From positions 1,294 to 65,293 of the forward strand of contig JAGRNR010000014.1 in the NCBI GenBank assembly GCA_020440645.1: a DNA stretch of 64,000 nt, in the 5' to 3' direction. The notes below the pieces were generated by a model, which was given only the letters and a program-made list of their open reading frames with translations, had not been told where the DNA came from and ran no database searches. A program made the translations under genes and the position numbers. This document shows, piece by piece, positions 17,259-26,058 of this stretch (position 1 is its first letter; each line of letters starts with the position of its first letter). Source of the stretch: a bacterium. Its GTDB lineage: Bacteria; 4484-113; JAFGCY01.

Positions 17259-18836
17259 ATGACGATTGAACTACCCGCCGGCGCAAACCTCGAATTCGCG
17301 CGCAAACAAGCCAAGCTGCTGTTGAAACAGCTCAATGACTCGGAAGCCGCCGCCCTGGCCATCGCTGCCGAGTTGCACCCACAGGGCTCAAAACCTGACT
17401 GGCAGCTCAGCGATGCGCAGCTGATCATCGCGCGGCAGTACGGCCATGAATCCTGGCCGAAGCTGAAGGAAGCGATCGAGAACCAGCGCCCGCTCGCCGA
17501 GCAGGCCAAGGCCTTCATCGACAGCATGTTCGGCTGGCAGGATGCGCGCTTCAAACGCATCATCACTGAGCATCCGGCTGTCGCCTCATTCGACCTCGCC
17601 TGCCAGGTCAGCTGTGGCGACCATGCCGCGCTCGCCGAACTGCTCGCCGCAGACCCGGATGCCGCGAAACGCAAATACGCCCCGCTGGACCGCGAACTGA
17701 TCATCTACGCCAGCTACTCCCTGATGCACACTCTCGGCGAGCCCTACCGCTCTGGCCTGCTGCGCTGCGTCGAACTGCTGCTTTCGCATGGTGCGGACCC
17801 CAACGCTGCCTATGACGAGGGCGGCACATGGGCCGGCGCGATGCAGCCCTGCTTGTACGGTGCGACCGGGCATGGCAACTTTCCTGAGCTGGCCCGCCTG
17901 CTGCTGGAGGCCGGGGCCGACCCGAATGACGACGAATGCATGTGGCATGTGCCGCAGTTCATGTACGAGGAGTGCCTCGCGCTGCTGCTGGAGTTCGGTG
18001 GCAACCCGAACCGCAAGAGCGAGCACTGGAACAACACCCCGCTGTACTTCCTGCTCGGGCATCGCACGAATGACAAGGGCTATGACACCGCGATGCGCGG
18101 TGTGAACTGGCTGCTGGAGCATGGCGCGGAACCGAATGTGCCGAGCTATGACTGGCAGGAGAATGCGCTGCAGCTCGCAGTGCGCCTGCACCATCGCCCG
18201 GACGTGGTCGAGTCCCTGCTGAAGCACGGCGCGGACGGGAGCTATAGGCGGGCGGATGGCTGCGACAGCTGGCAACTCGCATTGCGCAGTGGCAACCGGG
18301 ATGCGATCGGCCTGCTGCGAGAACATGGCTTTGCGCATGACGAGGATGAACTGCTGGACAGCTACCTGCTGGCGGTGATGACTGCCGATGCGCAGTCCGC
18401 CGGGGAGATCATCGCCGCCAGTCCGCAGCTGCTGGAACAGCTTGGCAAGCATGGGCCGGACAGCTTCTGCGATGCAGCCGAGCGCGGCCAGCTTGAGGTG
18501 GTCCGGGTGATGCTTGACAACGGCTGGGATGTCGCAATGACCGATGAATGGGGCCGCCAGCCGCTGCACTGTGCCGCGCTGCGTGGCTTCGCGGACGTCG
18601 TCAGGCTGCTGCTGGCTGCCGGTGCCCCGCTGGACCACCATGACAAGCTGTACGACGGCGCACCGATCGGCTGGGCGCTGCACGGCGCGATCGAGATGCC
18701 GGCGGAGGATGGCGACTACCTTTCAGTGGTCGAACAGATCGTGGCCGCCGGCGGGCTGGACTTTGCCAACGACCGCAGCTGGGCCGAACGTGATGTGGCG
18801 AAGGTGCGTGAGAGGTATGGAGGATCTCGGAGCTAG
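17259..18836 (+). CDS. Ankyrin-repeat protein (about 10 ANK repeats)
   Basis: ORF 17205..18836. GGAGGT RBS sits before ATG 17259. Repeated ANK consensus is present (LLSHGADPNA, LLEAGADPND, LLEHGAEPNV, LLKHGADGS, TPLH/ QPLHCAALRGFADVVRLLLAAGAPLD). Confidence 0.8.
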   Translation: MTIELPAGANLEFARKQAKLLLKQLNDSEAAALAIAAELHPQGSKPDWQLSDAQLIIARQYGHESWPKLKEAIENQRPLAEQAKAFIDSMFGWQDARFKRIITEHPAVASFDLACQVSCGDHAALAELLAADPDAAKRKYAPLDRELIIYASYSLMHTLGEPYRSGLLRCVELLLSHGADPNAAYDEGGTWAGAMQPCLYGATGHGNFPELARLLLEAGADPNDDECMWHVPQFMYEECLALLLEFGGNPNRKSEHWNNTPLYFLLGHRTNDKGYDTAMRGVNWLLEHGAEPNVPSYDWQENALQLAVRLHHRPDVVESLLKHGADGSYRRADGCDSWQLALRSGNRDAIGLLREHGFAHDEDELLDSYLLAVMTADAQSAGEIIAASPQLLEQLGKHGPDSFCDAAERGQLEVVRVMLDNGWDVAMTDEWGRQPLHCAALRGFADVVRLLLAAGAPLDHHDKLYDGAPIGWALHGAIEMPAEDGDYLSVVEQIVAAGGLDFANDRSWAERDVAKVRERYGGSRS

Positions 18837-18939
18837 GTTGTCGGGTGTAGCGGATTTGTCGTGCTTCACGCGGAAAAGTAATTCAAGGTGACTCGCAGCG
18901 TCACGCCAACCCTACAACCCAGATCCCAGCTCCTATATC

Positions 18940-19428
18940 CTAGGCAGACAGGTCAGCTCCCGCCATGCTGGCACCCGACATGTCGCAGCCGTCCAGCTGC
19001 GCGCCCTGCAGTTTCGCGTTGTCAAGCACGGCGCTTTTCAGGCTGGCATTGCGCAGGTCGGCTCCGCGCAGGTCGGCTCCGCTGAGCACAGCTCCGCTCA
19101 GGTCCGCATTGCGCAGGTCGGCATTGCGCATATCGCGGCCGCTGAGGCTGGCACCACGCAGGCTGACCCCGCGCAGGTCGCGGCCATACATCTCCTCATG
19201 CATCTGCACCCGCCGGCAGGCCCCGCGCTGGCGCGGCAGGCCTTCGCGGGCGAGGCGCTCGATGCTTTCGCGGGAGATGCGGCGCTCATGGCGCACCACC
19301 TCCATGTCGCGGTACACCAGTTGCCCTTCGCTGCACAGCTGCTGCAGGCGCTGGCGCCGGAGCGGCCGGCCCGTCAGGTGGGCCAGCAGCTCCGTCGCCT
19401 CTGTTGTTGTCAGCCAGTCGCCGTTCAT
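18940..19428 (-). CDS. Pentapeptide-repeat protein (162 aa)
   Basis: C-terminal array of A(D/N)LxG/A(N/D)LS pentapeptides (RGVSLRGASLSGRDMRNADLRNADLSGAVLSGADLRGADLRNASL...). Confidence 0.75.
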   Translation of the reverse strand: MNGDWLTTTEATELLAHLTGRPLRRQRLQQLCSEGQLVYRDMEVVRHERRISRESIERLAREGLPRQRGACRRVQMHEEMYGRDLRGVSLRGASLSGRDMRNADLRNADLSGAVLSGADLRGADLRNASLKSAVLDNAKLQGAQLDGCDMSGASMAGADLSA

Positions 19429-19439
19429 TGCATTCCCGC

Positions 19440-20519
19440 CTATGACGCCAGGTAGGCCGGCAGCACGGTGCTGCCGTCCAGCTTCGCCAGTTCGAGCTGC
19501 TCACGCGTCAGGTTGAGTGCTCCGCTGAGGTCCACCCCGCGCAGGTTTGCATCCTTCAGCACAGCTCCGCTGAAGTCCGCGCCGTCGAGGATCGCGGAGC
19601 GCAGGTTGGCACCACTGAGGTCGGCCTTCTTCAGGCGCGCACCACTGAGGTTGGCGCTGCCGAGGTTGGCACCATTGAAGCTGGCCTTGCCGAGCCTGGC
19701 ACCACTCAGGTCCGCGCTGCCAAGGTTGCTGCCACTGAGGTCAGAGCCCTTTAGCCGCGCCTGCTGCATGTTGGCACTGCCGAGGTTGCTGCCGTTCAGG
19801 CGGCAGCCCGCCAGCCGTGCGCCGCCGAAGTCTGCCTTGGCCAGGTTGGCGCCGCTCAGGCTGCAGTTCTCCAGCTTCGCCCCGCTGAAGTCGGCCTTCG
19901 CCAGGTTGCAGCCCGTCAGGCGGCAGTCCGCCAGCTGGGCATTGCTGAAGCTGGCGGAGGCGAAGTTGCTGCCGGTCATGTCCACGCCCTGCATGCTGCG
20001 TCCGGCGAAGCTCGCCCGGACGGCATTCACGCCGCGCATGCTGCGCTTGTCAGTGCCGGGCGTGCTGCCCTTGCTGGACTGCTTGCCGGCTTCGGCCATG
20101 GCGCTGTCAATCGCCTGTTCGATCTGCTCGGCCAGCCGGCTGCCAAAGCCCTCGCCGAGGATCGACAGGTTGTCCAGCCTTTTCAGGCGCTGCAGCTTGT
20201 GGCGCATGCGGTTGAGCTTGGCCTGCTGTCTCTGTTCACGGTGCCTGCTGCGATCACCCGCGCTGCAGCCGATGCTGAACACGAATGCCTTGGATTTGGG
20301 GCCGGACTTCGGCCTGCCGTCGGCATCGCCGCTTTCGCTGCCGTCGCCCCATTCATCACCCGCATCGAATTCAGCATCTATGTCTGAACTGGTGCCGGGG
20401 GATTCATCGCCGATGACGGAGTCGAGCAGTTCCTCAATCCCCTCACCGTTCACCACCACCTTGACGGCGGGGTCTGCGTCATTGTGCGCGCCGGAGTGGC
20501 GCCCATGCTTCTTTACCAT
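19440..20519 (-). CDS. Pentapeptide-repeat protein (359 aa) with an acidic N-terminal region
   Basis: About 40 consecutive pentapeptide units (CRLTGCNLAKADFSGAKLENCSLSGANLAKADFGGARLAGCRLNGSNLGSANMQQARLKGSDLSGSNLGSADLSGARL...). Confidence 0.8.
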   Translation of the reverse strand: MVKKHGRHSGAHNDADPAVKVVVNGEGIEELLDSVIGDESPGTSSDIDAEFDAGDEWGDGSESGDADGRPKSGPKSKAFVFSIGCSAGDRSRHREQRQQAKLNRMRHKLQRLKRLDNLSILGEGFGSRLAEQIEQAIDSAMAEAGKQSSKGSTPGTDKRSMRGVNAVRASFAGRSMQGVDMTGSNFASASFSNAQLADCRLTGCNLAKADFSGAKLENCSLSGANLAKADFGGARLAGCRLNGSNLGSANMQQARLKGSDLSGSNLGSADLSGARLGKASFNGANLGSANLSGARLKKADLSGANLRSAILDGADFSGAVLKDANLRGVDLSGALNLTREQLELAKLDGSTVLPAYLAS

Positions 20520-20814
20520 GTTTTCCTCGCTTCGCTGCCTGCCCCTGGGGGGCTTCAGGCCTTACGCGTCACTGCTGCCTAACTATACGCCGGGGGATGG
20601 GGGATGGTTTCAGATGAGGATAGAGGATCCCGGAACTAGGGGCTGGCAGAATGGCTTGAAGTGACGGAAGATATGACTGTTTGCCCCGTGCTGTAATGAC
20701 ACATTGATCGGCAAAGCACCACGTCCCCGGTAAGACAAGCTGCTATTCACTGCTTTTGCAACACGTAAAACCTGATTCCCGACGCCTCGCCTGCCACACC
20801 CCACAACCCAGCTC

Positions 20815-21411
20815 CTACATCCCCGACATGTGCCAGATCCAGCCCAGCATCAGCAAGCTGACCGCCGCGATCCAGCTACCCGCCACCCGCACACCGATTC
20901 TCATCCATTCGGCATGCAGGCTGATGACCAACGCCGGCAGCAGGGTTGCCAGCAGGAACACAAGCGTGGCCGCGCCCCAGATCGCCAGCCCGTCCATGCC
21001 GGCCATTGTCAGCGCTGCCCCGTTCAGGTAGCCATGGAAGGCCGCCAGCAGGCAGGCCAGCGCGAGCAGCACCGCATGCGGCGGGCGGCGGTCCAGCAGC
21101 ACCAGCATGGCGACGAGGCCGAAGCTCAGCGTTGTCAGCATCGGGCTGTCCGCACTGCCGCCGGACTGCATCCCTGCCATCCCGGCCAGCAGCCAGTAGG
21201 CCGGCAGCAGCAGCAGCAGGGGCCGCGCAGTTTCCCGTCCTGCCTGGCCAGACAGCAGGCCCAGCGTGACCACGAGCAGGATGTCCGCCGGCGTCTGCAG
21301 CATGTGAACCATCCCGTCGTAGTAGCTGCCAAAGCCCGTGCTCACCAGATGCGCCCAGGCTAAGCCGGGCATCAGGCAGAACAGCATGAACACTGGCAGC
21401 AGGCGCTTCAC
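20815..21411 (-). CDS. HupE/UreJ-like membrane protein (third in the cluster)
   Basis: ORF 20815..21528. A GTG start at 21409-21411 overlaps the TGA of the upstream gene (GTGA coupling). The signal runs through …LAWAH, and there are multi-TM segments with an FHGY motif resembling FHGxAHG. Confidence 0.6.
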   Translation of the reverse strand: MKRLLPVFMLFCLMPGLAWAHLVSTGFGSYYDGMVHMLQTPADILLVVTLGLLSGQAGRETARPLLLLLPAYWLLAGMAGMQSGGSADSPMLTTLSFGLVAMLVLLDRRPPHAVLLALACLLAAFHGYLNGAALTMAGMDGLAIWGAATLVFLLATLLPALVISLHAEWMRIGVRVAGSWIAAVSLLMLGWIWHMSGM

Positions 21412-22013
21412 CCGAGCACGGCCCCCTTCAGGAAGAACAGCCCGCCAAGCAGCACGCAGGCCCCGGCTGCGCGTACCAGCAGTTCGCCGCGCTTCACATC
21501 GTTGAGCATCCCGAGCGCAATGCCGCACATGTGCAGCAGCCCAGTGCTGATCACGAAGCCGATGCTGTACAGCATGCCGTTGCCACCTTCCGGCAGCTCA
21601 GTGCCGTGCGCATGTCCGTGGAACACAGCGAAGACGGCCACCAGCAGCAGCGCCACCCACAGAGGCGGACTGAACTTGCCGAGCACCATGATGCCGAGCA
21701 CCACCGCGCTCAGTGCGATGCCGATCTCGATGCCCGGGATCGGCACGCCGATCAGCCCGAGAAAGCCACCGAAAGCCATCACCAGCGGGAAGGCCACCGG
21801 CAGCAGCCAGATCGCGGGCTTCTTCAGTTGCGCGCCCCACAGGCCGACGGCCACCATCGCAAGGATGTGGTCCCAGCCGCTGACCGGATGGTGCATGCCG
21901 GCCATGAATCCGACAGCCCCGCCCTCTTCCACATGCGCATGTGCCAGAATTGGCAACATGAGCGTCGCCAGGCCGAGCCAGTATGCGACTGGTCTGTACT
22001 GCATTGTGATCAC
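21408..22013 (-). CDS. HupE/UreJ family protein (Ni/Co-related secondary transporter family)
   Basis: 201 aa. Signal ends …LAHAHVEEGG. Conserved GWDHILAMVAVGLW and VFHGHAHGTE are the hallmark HupE/UreJ motifs. ATGA overlap with the upstream gene. Confidence 0.8.
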   Translation of the reverse strand: MITMQYRPVAYWLGLATLMLPILAHAHVEEGGAVGFMAGMHHPVSGWDHILAMVAVGLWGAQLKKPAIWLLPVAFPLVMAFGGFLGLIGVPIPGIEIGIALSAVVLGIMVLGKFSPPLWVALLLVAVFAVFHGHAHGTELPEGGNGMLYSIGFVISTGLLHMCGIALGMLNDVKRGELLVRAAGACVLLGGLFFLKGAVLG

Positions 22014-23020
22014 CTCCCGGCAAACATCATATATGAGCGCTGGATGAACCAGTAAGCGCCAGCCACCCCGACGGTGTAACCCGGCAGGCGGTGGGTCCAG
22101 CGCGGCCAGTGGAATTCCAGCACCTTGAAGGCACGTGCCAGCGCCAGCGCCAGCAGGACGAACAGCAGCTGGCCGAGTTCGACTCCGATATTGAATCCCA
22201 GCAGCGCCAGTGGGATCTCCCCGCGCGGCATGCCGGTCAGGCTCAGGCCACTGGCAAAGCCGAAGCCGTGCAGCAGCCCAAAGGCGAAGGCCACCACCCA
22301 GGGGTAGCGGATTGTCAGGCTGCTCTCGCCGCGCCAGACACGTACGATCTCCGGCCCGAGGAACAGGATGCTCAACGCGATCGCGGCATTCAGCGGGGCG
22401 ACCGGCACGCTGGCCAGGCCGAGGCTGGCCAGTGCGAGCGTGATGCTGTGGGCCAGCGTGAAGGCGGTGATGGTCTTCAGCAGGATCGGACGGTGGCCGA
22501 CGATCAGCAGCAGCCCGAGCACGAACAACAGGTGGTCCACACCGAGCAGGATGTGCTGGAAGCCAAGCGCGATGTATTCCAGCATCGATTCCCAGGCGCT
22601 ACGCTCCCCGCGCAGCTCGATCTGCGGATTCGTCGAGCGCACCACAGAGCTGTACGTGCTGCCGTCTAGGCGCGTGACCCGCACGAACACCTCAGTGACC
22701 ATGCCCTCCAGCCCCGGGAAACTGACAACGCTGCCATCCAGCGTGCCCGGCTCAATCGTGACACTGCGGATCTCCAGCTCACCGTCACTGAGGCTGCGGC
22801 GCTGCACCGGCGTGCTCTCCAGCCAGTCCGCCGGCAGCTGCAGGCCGACCGGGAAACCCTCCGGGCCTGTCGGCGGCGGCACCTTCCAGCTCACACGGAA
22901 CTGCGTCTCATCCAGCTGGGTGATGTTCAGCACGCAGGGCTTGCTTTCATGCGCCAGCGCCGGTCGGGCCGGGATTGCCAGAGCCGCGAGCAGCAGGATT
23001 GCCAGCCAGGCCCGCCTCAC
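22010..23020 (-). CDS. HupE/UreJ_2-like membrane protein with a ~130-aa N-terminal periplasmic domain
   Basis: 336 aa. Signal …ALAHESKP, then a soluble domain, then 6 TM with GVDHLLFVLGLLLIVGH and FTLAHSITLA motifs. ATGA overlap with the upstream PPIase gene. Confidence 0.55.
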   Translation of the reverse strand: MRRAWLAILLLAALAIPARPALAHESKPCVLNITQLDETQFRVSWKVPPPTGPEGFPVGLQLPADWLESTPVQRRSLSDGELEIRSVTIEPGTLDGSVVSFPGLEGMVTEVFVRVTRLDGSTYSSVVRSTNPQIELRGERSAWESMLEYIALGFQHILLGVDHLLFVLGLLLIVGHRPILLKTITAFTLAHSITLALASLGLASVPVAPLNAAIALSILFLGPEIVRVWRGESSLTIRYPWVVAFAFGLLHGFGFASGLSLTGMPRGEIPLALLGFNIGVELGQLLFVLLALALARAFKVLEFHWPRWTHRLPGYTVGVAGAYWFIQRSYMMFAGR

Positions 23021-23955
23021 TCGGCCGCCCCTTCATCCGGCACATCCTCGCTTGCCAGCTGCGCCATGTCGAAACTGTCAACGCTGATCTCGTACAGCTG
23101 CTTCACGCCCTCGAGCGCGGCATCGAGCTTCTCTCGCTGCTGTGCCTCGATCCAGTCCCGCTCGACATCCTCGCGGATCTCCCCCAGCTCCAGCGGCCGG
23201 CCCGCGCGCCGCTCCTCGATGAACACGAGGTGCACGCCGTAGCTGCTTTCCACCGGTCCGCTCCAGGCGCCGACGGGGAAGTCCCTGATTGCATCCGCGA
23301 ACAGCGGGTCGAACTGCCAGCCGATTTCACTGAGCGCCACCAGTGGCAGGCGCGGCGGCAGGCTGCCCGCATCGCTCAGCTCCTGCACCAGCCCAAGTTC
23401 CTCAGTGCCCGTCAGCTGCTGCTTCAGCAGTTCGGCATCCAGCAGCGGCTCCGCGCGCTGCAACGGGTCGAGATAGATCTGCATTAGGCTCAGCGAATCC
23501 TCCGTGCGGTAGCGCTCGGGGTGCTCCTCGAGGAACTGCTGCAGCTCTTCTTCCGTCGGCGTGGGCGGCTCGCTGCCATCATCCAGCAGCAGCTCGTACT
23601 TGCTGCGCAGGTGGTCACGGATCAACTGGTCGTCACGGTCCAGTCCCATGCCGCGCGCCTCGCGCACGCAGACTTCCGTGCGGATGTAGTCGTCAATCAG
23701 CTCCTGCAGCTCAGCCTGCGTCGGCTCACGGTCGAAGTCGCGCACGAAACCGTGGTACATCACCGCGATGCGCGGGCGGTCGACAGTGATCTCAAACTCG
23801 CTCTCATCCGCAGGCTGCTGGCGCAGGTTGCTCAGCAGGAACAGCAGGCCGCCGACCAGGATGAAGTGCACGATCGGCTCGCGCCATATCGAATGCGGCC
23901 GCGCTTCCGCACCGCCGCCATCGCCTGCCTGGTTAAGTTTCTGGTTATCTGCCAT
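23017..23955 (-). CDS. Membrane-anchored parvulin-type peptidyl-prolyl isomerase (PpiC domain)
   Basis: 312 aa. N-terminal TM is IVHFILVGGLLFLLSNL. The C-terminal PpiC signature GPVESSYGVHLVFIEERR fits S-x-(F/Y)G-x-H(L/I)(V/I). First gene of a 4-gene coupled operon. Confidence 0.65.
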   Translation of the reverse strand: MADNQKLNQAGDGGGAEARPHSIWREPIVHFILVGGLLFLLSNLRQQPADESEFEITVDRPRIAVMYHGFVRDFDREPTQAELQELIDDYIRTEVCVREARGMGLDRDDQLIRDHLRSKYELLLDDGSEPPTPTEEELQQFLEEHPERYRTEDSLSLMQIYLDPLQRAEPLLDAELLKQQLTGTEELGLVQELSDAGSLPPRLPLVALSEIGWQFDPLFADAIRDFPVGAWSGPVESSYGVHLVFIEERRAGRPLELGEIREDVERDWIEAQQREKLDAALEGVKQLYEISVDSFDMAQLASEDVPDEGAAE

Positions 23956-24103
23956 GTCTCCTGCCGGCCCTGACCGGATTGCAGATTATGGCGCATGACC
24001 GGAGGTCCGGCGCAAGCCGGGCGGAGTGTTGGTCTTAGACCAACAAGGCCCTGTAGCTCTAAGAGCTACACTCCGCTACCCCCTACAACCGAGTTCCTAT
24101 GTC

Positions 24104-24565
24104 CTACTTCATTTCCTCAATCATTGAGCGCATCTTCTCCGCGCTGACCCCGCTCGAGCGCCTCACCTCAATCACGCCGTCCGGCTTGCCATCCCCGTCC
24201 ATGTCCTGCCCGGCTGCCATGTCCTCCCCGAAGCCCAGCAGGATGTAGTCCTTCACCTCATAGCCGTCATGCACCGCGATGTAGCAGACGTTGCCAGCGG
24301 CCAGCTCGCCGGCGGTGAAGGCCACCGGATGCATCTCAGTGCGGTCGTATGGATTGATGAGCGCCATGTTCTGCCCGTCCTTCATAAGGTCGGCATTCAG
24401 CGTCTCCGGGTACAGCCCGCCGTTCTGGCGCGCCCAGTCCAGCAGGTTCTGCTCAATGGTTGCAATGTGCGCCTTGAGCTCCATGTCCGCCAGGCTGTCC
24501 GCCGCCGGCTGGTTACAGCCGGCCAGCAGGGCCAGCATTGCCATTGCAATCCAGAAAAGCTTCAT
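24104..24565 (-). CDS. Hypothetical lipoprotein (153 aa)
   Basis: Signal plus lipobox MKLFWIAMAMLALLAGC. Asp/Gly-rich C-terminus (DMDGDGKPDG). No family recognised. Confidence 0.55.
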   Translation of the reverse strand: MKLFWIAMAMLALLAGCNQPAADSLADMELKAHIATIEQNLLDWARQNGGLYPETLNADLMKDGQNMALINPYDRTEMHPVAFTAGELAAGNVCYIAVHDGYEVKDYILLGFGEDMAAGQDMDGDGKPDGVIEVRRSSGVSAEKMRSMIEEMK

Positions 24566-24750
24566 GTCATTCCCCCTTCGCCTGTCACCAGGCCCGGCAG
24601 CCTACCCGCTGCCTGATCCACTCTAGCACCACCTGTGCAGCAGGCCAATCCTGCGCCTCCAGGGGTAGCATTACCCAGCGATGCTAACATTGCAGCGCGC
24701 AACACCTGCCGGCGGACAGGCAACACCAGGCAGGATTGACCAGGAGCAAC

Positions 24751-25461
24751 ATGTCAACTCAGGAACCACAGACCCGCCGCACGGGCGGGGTGAAGCGGGT
24801 ACGCCTCGTGCTCGTGGAGCGCGAGCACCATTACGGTGACGTGCACACTTACCACTTCAGCGTGGACGAGCCGCTGCCATACAACGCAGGGCAGTACGTG
24901 CATGTCGCCCTCGAGCTGGCCGACCCTGATGCCAAGCGCGTGCGTGAGCTGTCTTTCTCTTCCGCACCGCATGAGGAGCATGTCAGCTTCACCATCGACG
25001 GCCGCTCGCGCTCGCCCTTCCAGTTGCATATGCTGGCAATGCAGCCCGGGGACAGCCTGCAGCTGTTCAAGTCCAAGATGCATATGCTGTGGCCGGTGAT
25101 CGAGGAATGCGTAGTGTTCATCGCAGGCGGCGTCGGCGTCACGCCCTTCCGTTCAATGGCGCTGGACAAAGAGCACAGCGGGGTGCGCATGCGCATGGAA
25201 CTGATCCACGCCGCCGGCAGCGAGCACCTGTTCGCCGATGCGCTCAGGCCGCTGATGGATGAGTACATCGCCACCGACCGCGCGGGCCTGGCGGGCGAGA
25301 TCACGGCCTGCATCGAGCGCCACCCGGATGCGCGCTACTACATCGCCGGCTCACCGGGCTTCGTGGAAGGCGTGATGCAGCAGCTTGAGGCGGGCGGCAT
25401 CAGCCAAAAGAAGATCGAAACGGACGAGTTCAAGGGCTATGTGGAAGAATGGCAGGAGTAG
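24751..25461 (+). CDS. FAD/NAD(P)-binding oxidoreductase (ferredoxin-NADP reductase-like fold)
   Basis: ORF 24736..25461. AGGAG RBS sits before ATG 24751. The FAD-binding R-x-(Y/F)S-type block is RELSFSS and the NAD-binding block is FIAGGVGVTPFRSM. Confidence 0.7.
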   Translation: MSTQEPQTRRTGGVKRVRLVLVEREHHYGDVHTYHFSVDEPLPYNAGQYVHVALELADPDAKRVRELSFSSAPHEEHVSFTIDGRSRSPFQLHMLAMQPGDSLQLFKSKMHMLWPVIEECVVFIAGGVGVTPFRSMALDKEHSGVRMRMELIHAAGSEHLFADALRPLMDEYIATDRAGLAGEITACIERHPDARYYIAGSPGFVEGVMQQLEAGGISQKKIETDEFKGYVEEWQE

Positions 25462-25574
25462 TTGTCAGACTACAGACACCAGACTTCAGAAATCAGACTT
25501 CCGAATTCAGATACCAGACGTCAGAACAACCTGAAATCCGGCGTCTGATGTCTGACCACTGACCACTGGAGTAA

Positions 25575-25651
<77 letters not shown>

Positions 25652-25656
25652 GGATA

Positions 25657-25730
25657 TGGAGGCGGCGGGCGGAATCGAACCGTCGATAAAGGATTTGCAG
25701 TCCTCTGCCTTACCACTTGGCTACGCCGCC
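25657..25730 (-). tRNA. tRNA-Cys (anticodon GCA)
   Basis: The reverse complement is GGCGGCG-TA-GCC AAGTGGTAA GGC-A-GAGGA CTGCAAA TCCTT-TATC-GACGG TTCGATT CCGCC-CGCCGCC-U-CCA. It has the 3-bp D-stem and U73 typical of tRNA-Cys. There is one A·C mismatch in the T-stem. Confidence 0.75.
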
Positions 25731-25835
25731 GGGTGCCCTTCCCACGGGACGGCCCGCAGGGGGGAAGAAGAATTATAACACTGCATCAGGGGCCGCAAGC
25801 CACCCAGTGATGAGAAAAGAGAGAAGAGCCTGAAT

Positions 25836-25933
25836 AGCAATGAGCAATGAAGAGTGAGCAATGATCCAATGGAGAAGCGGGGTCACCTCCCCCTGGTCAG
25901 GCTCATTGCTCATCACTCATTTCTCATTGCTCA
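25836..25933. repeat. Hairpin built from GAGCAATGA nonamer repeats (family B)
   Basis: AGCAATGAGCAATGAAGAGTGAGCAATGA … CTCATTGCTCATCACTCATTTCTCATTGCTCA, with a nested GGGGTCACCTCCCC loop. Confidence 0.7.
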
Positions 25934-26058
25934 GCCAGTCACGCTAAAGCGTGACAGGCTGAAAAAAAACTCCCCGGAGCTACTACCCTCCGAGGAGTCT
26001 TGTAAAGAGTTGGTGATTCGGGACCCGGGCATGCCCGGTCCAAAACTACTACCTTGGG

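Noticed and set aside
26028-26048. Palindrome GGACCCGGGCATGCCCGGTCC just downstream of the CarboxypepD_reg gene as a terminator
   Set aside because: The stem is plausible but is not followed by a U-tract on the transcribed strand. A similar CATG-centred palindrome at 51108-51121 is likewise not by itself a terminator. Left unannotated.
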